DNA from: an uncultured Pseudomonadota bacterium
GTDB lineage: Bacteria; Desulfobacterota; Binatia; Binatales; Binataceae
DNA: 64,000 nt
Assembly (NCBI GenBank): GCA_963824565.1
Contig: CAWGQB010000028.1
Coordinates: 66,111 to 130,110 of the forward strand
Reading direction: 5' to 3'
Positions within the stretch are counted from its first letter, which is position 1; every line of letters starts with the position of its first letter. Under the pieces are notes generated by a model. The model was not told the origin of the DNA and ran no database searches. It saw nothing but the letters and a program-made list of their open reading frames with translations. The translations under genes and the position numbers were made by a program. This document shows, piece after piece, positions 60,117-64,000 of the stretch.

Positions 60117-60932
60117 GGCTCCTCCTTGAGGCGGGCGAGAGTTTGGCGCGCGGCCTTGCGCAGCGACGCGTCATGCGGAGCGGCCGCCGCCTCTTGCAGG
60201 CGTGCCAGTACCCGCTCGGAACGATCTTGCAGATATCCCAGGATACCGGCGGCGGCGCGCCGCACCCCTTCATCGGGGTCGGCATCAAGACAGCGCAAAA
60301 CGATATCGACGCAGCCGGGCATCGTGCCGGCTGACTCCCTTATAAAGGCAAGCGCGGCGAACCGCACATGGCGATCAGGGCTGGCGCTGGCGTCACGTAT
60401 CGCGGCGAGCACGTCGGAGTCGCTCAGCCCAAGGTTGCGCAACGCATACAGCGACATCTTGCGGCGGTTGGCGTCGTCGCCGGGTTGCAGCGCCAGCAGG
60501 CTGGCGCGAATCGCGTCCGGGAATAGGCGGCCCAATCTGACGATCAAATCGAGCGCTGCCCAGCGCACGTCGCCGTCGTTGCTGGCGAGCGCTTCAATCA
60601 CCGCGGGGCCTGCGCGCAGGTCCAAAGCGCCGTCGATCAGGCCCAGCGCGTAGGCTGCGGTCCATCTGGTGCGTGGCATCGGCGGCACCCAGCAAGTCAA
60701 TCAACCGGGTGACGATTGCCGGATTGGAGTCGGCCGAGCGTGGCGATTGCGCCGGCCGCATGGCGCGCAACGGTTTTGCTTTCCGACGCCAGATTTTCGA
60801 TCAATGCCTCCAGCGTGTCGGTATCCAGAGTACGTTTGTCCCTCCGCGCTCAAGCGGACCATCGCCGCGACGCGCTGGCGGCCGTCGGGGCTGCGCAATT
60901 CGATCGCGAGCGGAGGATTTTGGCGTACTCAT
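60113..60932 (-). pseudogene. HEAT/PBS-lyase repeat protein, N-terminal part frameshifted
   Basis: ORF 60113..60700 has repeated D..VR..A..AL(G) units. Upstream pieces (ATG 60932 MSTPK..., LEALIENLASESKTVARHAAGAIATLG) sit in other frames. Confidence 0.55.
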
Positions 60933-61971
60933 GATGCTTTCAGTATCAGGCGAGCCAAGTTGGTGAGATCGCCGCATCCAAGGAAAAAATCTGAACCATC
61001 CGTATAGGTTTGGAGAATAGCCGCAGTCACGCTCATCAGGTCCAGACGTTGGCCCGCAAGGTTCTGTTCAAACTGTGGCCAGGCCGGCGGAGTTGGCAAT
61101 AAAGTCACCATAGAGCGCAACCCGTTCGATTTTATCCCCAGCCGCGGCAAGGCGGGCCTCCATCACACCCAATTGTATGCTTGCCCGTGACGCCAGGTTG
61201 AGCGACGCATCGGGCCATCGATGGTGCAGCCATTGCGCGTCCGGCTGGTGATCGTTTGCCGCGGCGAGCTCGGCGCCGGTCAATTCACGCCGATGCGTGC
61301 CGCCGAAGACCGAGCTATAGCCCGCCTCCAGCCGTTGCGCCACTTCGTCGAAACTCACCCGGCGTCCCAGTTCACCGCTTAGGGTGGTAGCCGTCGCGTC
61401 GGTGTACATCGGGCAGGTCAGGGCGCCTTCCGGGATCGAACCGTTCCATGTCGCGCACCAGCGAGTCCAATCCCTCGTCAACGGCGATGAAGATCTCGAC
61501 CAGCAGGATGCCGGCGGCGGTTTCCTCAAAGGTGCACATCGCGACCTCGCGCCGGTTGCAGGTGATTGCATCTCGCCCGGGATAGAAACAATCCGCGCCG
61601 AGCGAGCGCAGCCCGGCCATCGCGCCGCGGGTGTAGCGGTTCATCACCTGCTCGGGCTTAAGCTGTGTATCGCGTGCTCCCAGCAGGCCGGTTCGCGACG
61701 GCAGGATCAATGCGCACCCCAGCCATCGCGGGCCCGGGTTGATGATGCGGCCTCCGGTAAAGCGGCGATATGCTCCGATTCCCCCGCGTGTAGAAGGGCC
61801 GTTATAAAGATGATAGCGGCCAATCGAAATGACCTTTTCCTGAAACTGGTAGAGCAGCAACAGCGGGGCGCAATCGCGCCTCTGAACCGCATCAATCAGA
61901 TGAAGCTGCAGTCCCAGGAGCAAGTTGGGAGACGCAAGTGCCGGCAGCCACACGACATCAAGAGGCATCAC
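60929..61971 (-). pseudogene. lipoate/octanoate-protein ligase family (BPL_LplA_LipB domain) protein, 2 frameshifts
   Basis: ORFs 61372..61971 (LLYQFQEKVISIGRY...RRFTGGR), 61068..61571 and 60929..61150 read as consecutive parts. Its stop overlaps the next start (ATGA). Confidence 0.55.
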
Positions 61972-62086
61972 ATTCCGATGCTATCGCCGCCGTTGCGGCT
62001 ATCTCAATGGCCCACGCGGCGGCATGCCGTTGATCTGTTGACGAATACAGCCGCTAAGCCGATGTTATGAATGAACTTTTTGAGCG

Positions 62087-62413
62087 TTGCGTTTCCGGAA
62101 AATGGACCTTTCGCGGATAATACGGACCAGGGTGGTCGCGGCGATTTGCGGAGCGATAGCAGTCGCGATGGTGCCGGTTCGGCTGGGGTTCGCGCAAACT
62201 CCGCCACCGCCGGCCGATCTGACCAAGTTGGAACGCCAGGTTGCGCTGAAAATCACTCACGTCAGGCTTAATGGTCCCACTAACGCGGCAGACCTCAAGC
62301 AATTGGGCCTCGCGCAGAGCGCTCAATTCGACGGGGAAAAGGCGATGGCTGCGGGCAACTACCAAAAAGCGGAGCAGGATTTTCTGCGTGCGAATGTGAT
62401 AATCGCGGCATAA
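62087..62413 (+). CDS. small hypothetical secreted protein
   Basis: 108-aa ORF (likely ATG at 62102) with signal peptide ...VVAAICGAIAVAMVPVRLGFAQ. No family recognised. Confidence 0.35.
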   Translation: MRFRKMDLSRIIRTRVVAAICGAIAVAMVPVRLGFAQTPPPPADLTKLERQVALKITHVRLNGPTNAADLKQLGLAQSAQFDGEKAMAAGNYQKAEQDFLRANVIIAA

Positions 62414-62495
62414 CCGATTGACCGGCATTACCGAATGAACGCTCGTGGTTGGGAGCAAGCACGCGCTTTGATAAGATCGAATGTGACATCACGCT

Positions 62496-63638
62496 ATGGC
62501 AAGTCCCGACAAAATCTGGCTGGAAGCTGAACGCACTCTTAAGCAGGGAAAGCCCTTTGCCCTCGCCACCGTGATCAACGTTCGCGGCTCGACACCCCGC
62601 GAGGTGGGAGCCAAGATGCTGGTTCGCGACGACGGTCAGGTGGGTACGATCGGCGGCGGATGCGGCGAGGCGGAAGTTTACCGTAAAGCTCAACTTCTAC
62701 TTGAAGAGTCAGGGTCCTCCAGATTGGCTGAGGTGGACCTGACCGGCGACTTTGAGCAGGACGAAATCGGAACCTGCGGCGGAATCATGGATGTTTTCAT
62801 CGATCTGTGGTCTCCGGGACCCGATCTGCAGGTGGCGCGGGAAATGGCGGAGGCCGTCCGCGCGAGCCAGCCGCTCGCCTTGCTTACGCTAATCGAGTCG
62901 TCAGGCGACGCGAATCGCCATCCGATGCGGGCGCTGCTGCGTCCTAACAGCGAGACCACCGGCTTGCCAGCCGAAATCCCCGCGCTGGCGGTGCGCCAGC
63001 TTGCCGAGATCGTGTCGTCAGCGGCGCCGGCGCTGTTGGAAATCGACCCGCAGGGCGGGATGCGGCCGACAACCCATTTGAGTGATAAGACGCGCCAGGT
63101 GTTCGTTGACCCGCTGCCCGGCGCGCACCGCCTGATAATTATCGGCGCGGGTCACGTCGGCCAGGCGCTGGCGGATCTCGGCGCGATGCTGGGTTTTCAT
63201 ATCGTGGTGATCGACGACCGCGCCGCCTTCGCCAATCGTGAGCGTTTTCCCGGCGCCGCCGAGATTATCGTCAGACCCTTCGAAGCGGCGCTCGATTCCC
63301 TAAAGCTCGACAACACCTGTTACGTTGTTTGCGTCACCCGCGGCCATGCGTTCGACGAGAGCGCTTTGCGGGCGGCGCTGCGCCAGAAACCCCGCTACCT
63401 CGGGATGATCGGTTCCAAGCGCCGGGTGCGTGCGACGCTGGAGCGGATCGAAGCGGACGGGGTCGATCGCGCGGCGCTTGAGCAGGTGCATGCGCCAATC
63501 GGGCTGGACATCGGGGCCGAAACCCCCGAGGAGATCGCGGTATCGATCATGGCTGAGATTATCCGCGAGCGCCGCCTGGGAGTCCGCGATCAGTCGTCGA
63601 TGGGCGTGAAGCACGGCCGCCTCAAGCCCGCAACCTGA
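62496..63638 (+). CDS. XdhC/CoxI-family molybdoenzyme maturation factor
   Basis: 380-aa ORF. N-terminal XdhC_CoxI (ALATVINVRGSTPREVGAKMLV...GGGCGEAEV) and a Rossmann-like C-domain (LIIIGAGHVGQALA...PIGLDIGAETPEEIAVSI). Confidence 0.85.
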   Translation: MASPDKIWLEAERTLKQGKPFALATVINVRGSTPREVGAKMLVRDDGQVGTIGGGCGEAEVYRKAQLLLEESGSSRLAEVDLTGDFEQDEIGTCGGIMDVFIDLWSPGPDLQVAREMAEAVRASQPLALLTLIESSGDANRHPMRALLRPNSETTGLPAEIPALAVRQLAEIVSSAAPALLEIDPQGGMRPTTHLSDKTRQVFVDPLPGAHRLIIIGAGHVGQALADLGAMLGFHIVVIDDRAAFANRERFPGAAEIIVRPFEAALDSLKLDNTCYVVCVTRGHAFDESALRAALRQKPRYLGMIGSKRRVRATLERIEADGVDRAALEQVHAPIGLDIGAETPEEIAVSIMAEIIRERRLGVRDQSSMGVKHGRLKPAT

Positions 63639-63663
63639 GGAGCCACGTCCGCAATTTGAGCCG

Positions 63664-64000
63664 ATGACGCCGCGAATCGAGGGAATCCTGCTGGCGGCGG
63701 GCGAGTCGCGCCGAATGGGCTACCCGAAGCCATTGTTGCGGGTGGGAGATGAGACGTTCATCTCGCGGTCGGCGCGGTCCATCCTGGCGGTGCTGCCACG
63801 GCTTATCGTAGTCCTAGGGGCTCATGCGGAGCGCATTCGACCGGCGATTCCGGTCGATGATGCAATCGTCACCGTCGAGAATCCGCGCTTTGAGGCCGGG
63901 CAGCTTTCCTCGTTGAAAGTTGGACTTCAATCTTTAGGTGATGATTGCGATGGCGTGTTGGTCCATCTCGCGGACCATCCGCTGGTCAAACCCTCAACCT
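63664..64000 (+). CDS. MobA/MocA-like molybdenum-cofactor nucleotidyltransferase (partial, runs off window end)
   Basis: ATG at 63664. GILLAAGESRRMGYPKPLL (LAGGxSxRMG motif), ...HLADHP. Adjacent to xdhC. Confidence 0.75.
   Translation, partial: MTPRIEGILLAAGESRRMGYPKPLLRVGDETFISRSARSILAVLPRLIVVLGAHAERIRPAIPVDDAIVTVENPRFEAGQLSSLKVGLQSLGDDCDGVLVHLADHPLVKPST

Noticed and set aside
1-64000. CRISPR arrays, IS elements, integrases, rRNA.
   Set aside because: Only 2-3-copy short tandem repeats were found (murC 5' end, murB-ftsQ spacer, 56.0 kb). No spacer-repeat periodicity, no transposase or integrase motifs in any ORF, no rRNA-like sequence.

Overview
High-GC (about 60-65% by eye) bacterial chromosomal segment, probably from an uncultivated Gram-negative lineage; I cannot place it more precisely. 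The core is a complete, intact dcw cell-division/cell-wall cluster at 40.4-55.0 kb: mraZ-rsmH-ftsL-ftsI-murE-mraY-ftsW-murG-murC-murB-ftsQ-ftsA-ftsZ. It has phased GTGGG MraZ-box-like repeats at its promoter and a strong terminator after ftsZ. It lacks murF, murD and ddl. The left half carries: a P450 / 2OG-oxygenase / GalT-like trio; an Arn-like (Ara4N-type) sugar-modification operon with two paralogous ArnT/GT39-like transferases; purA, serA and a class-V aminotransferase; a beta-lactamase-fold hydrolase and ggt; hopanoid side-chain genes (hpnL, J, I, K, G); pepN; and three type II toxin-antitoxin loci or remnants. Two visibly AT-richer islands carry defence-type genes. One (17.4-19.8 kb) is a decayed type II restriction-modification pair. 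The other (33.0-35.8 kb, inside the hpn genes) is a 5'-truncated SNF2 helicase with an unusual C-terminal PLD-fold-like 'HDR' domain, next to a 3-TM protein. The dominant anomaly is frameshifting. At least 30-40 frameshifts break about 20 genes, often several per gene, yet there are none across roughly 22 kb (36.6-59.0 kb). Every junction I could resolve is a +1 insertion that lengthens a short homopolymer. This could be sequencing error or real gene decay; I call these loci pseudogenes provisionally. I saw no rRNA, tRNA, CRISPR array, transposase or integrase.
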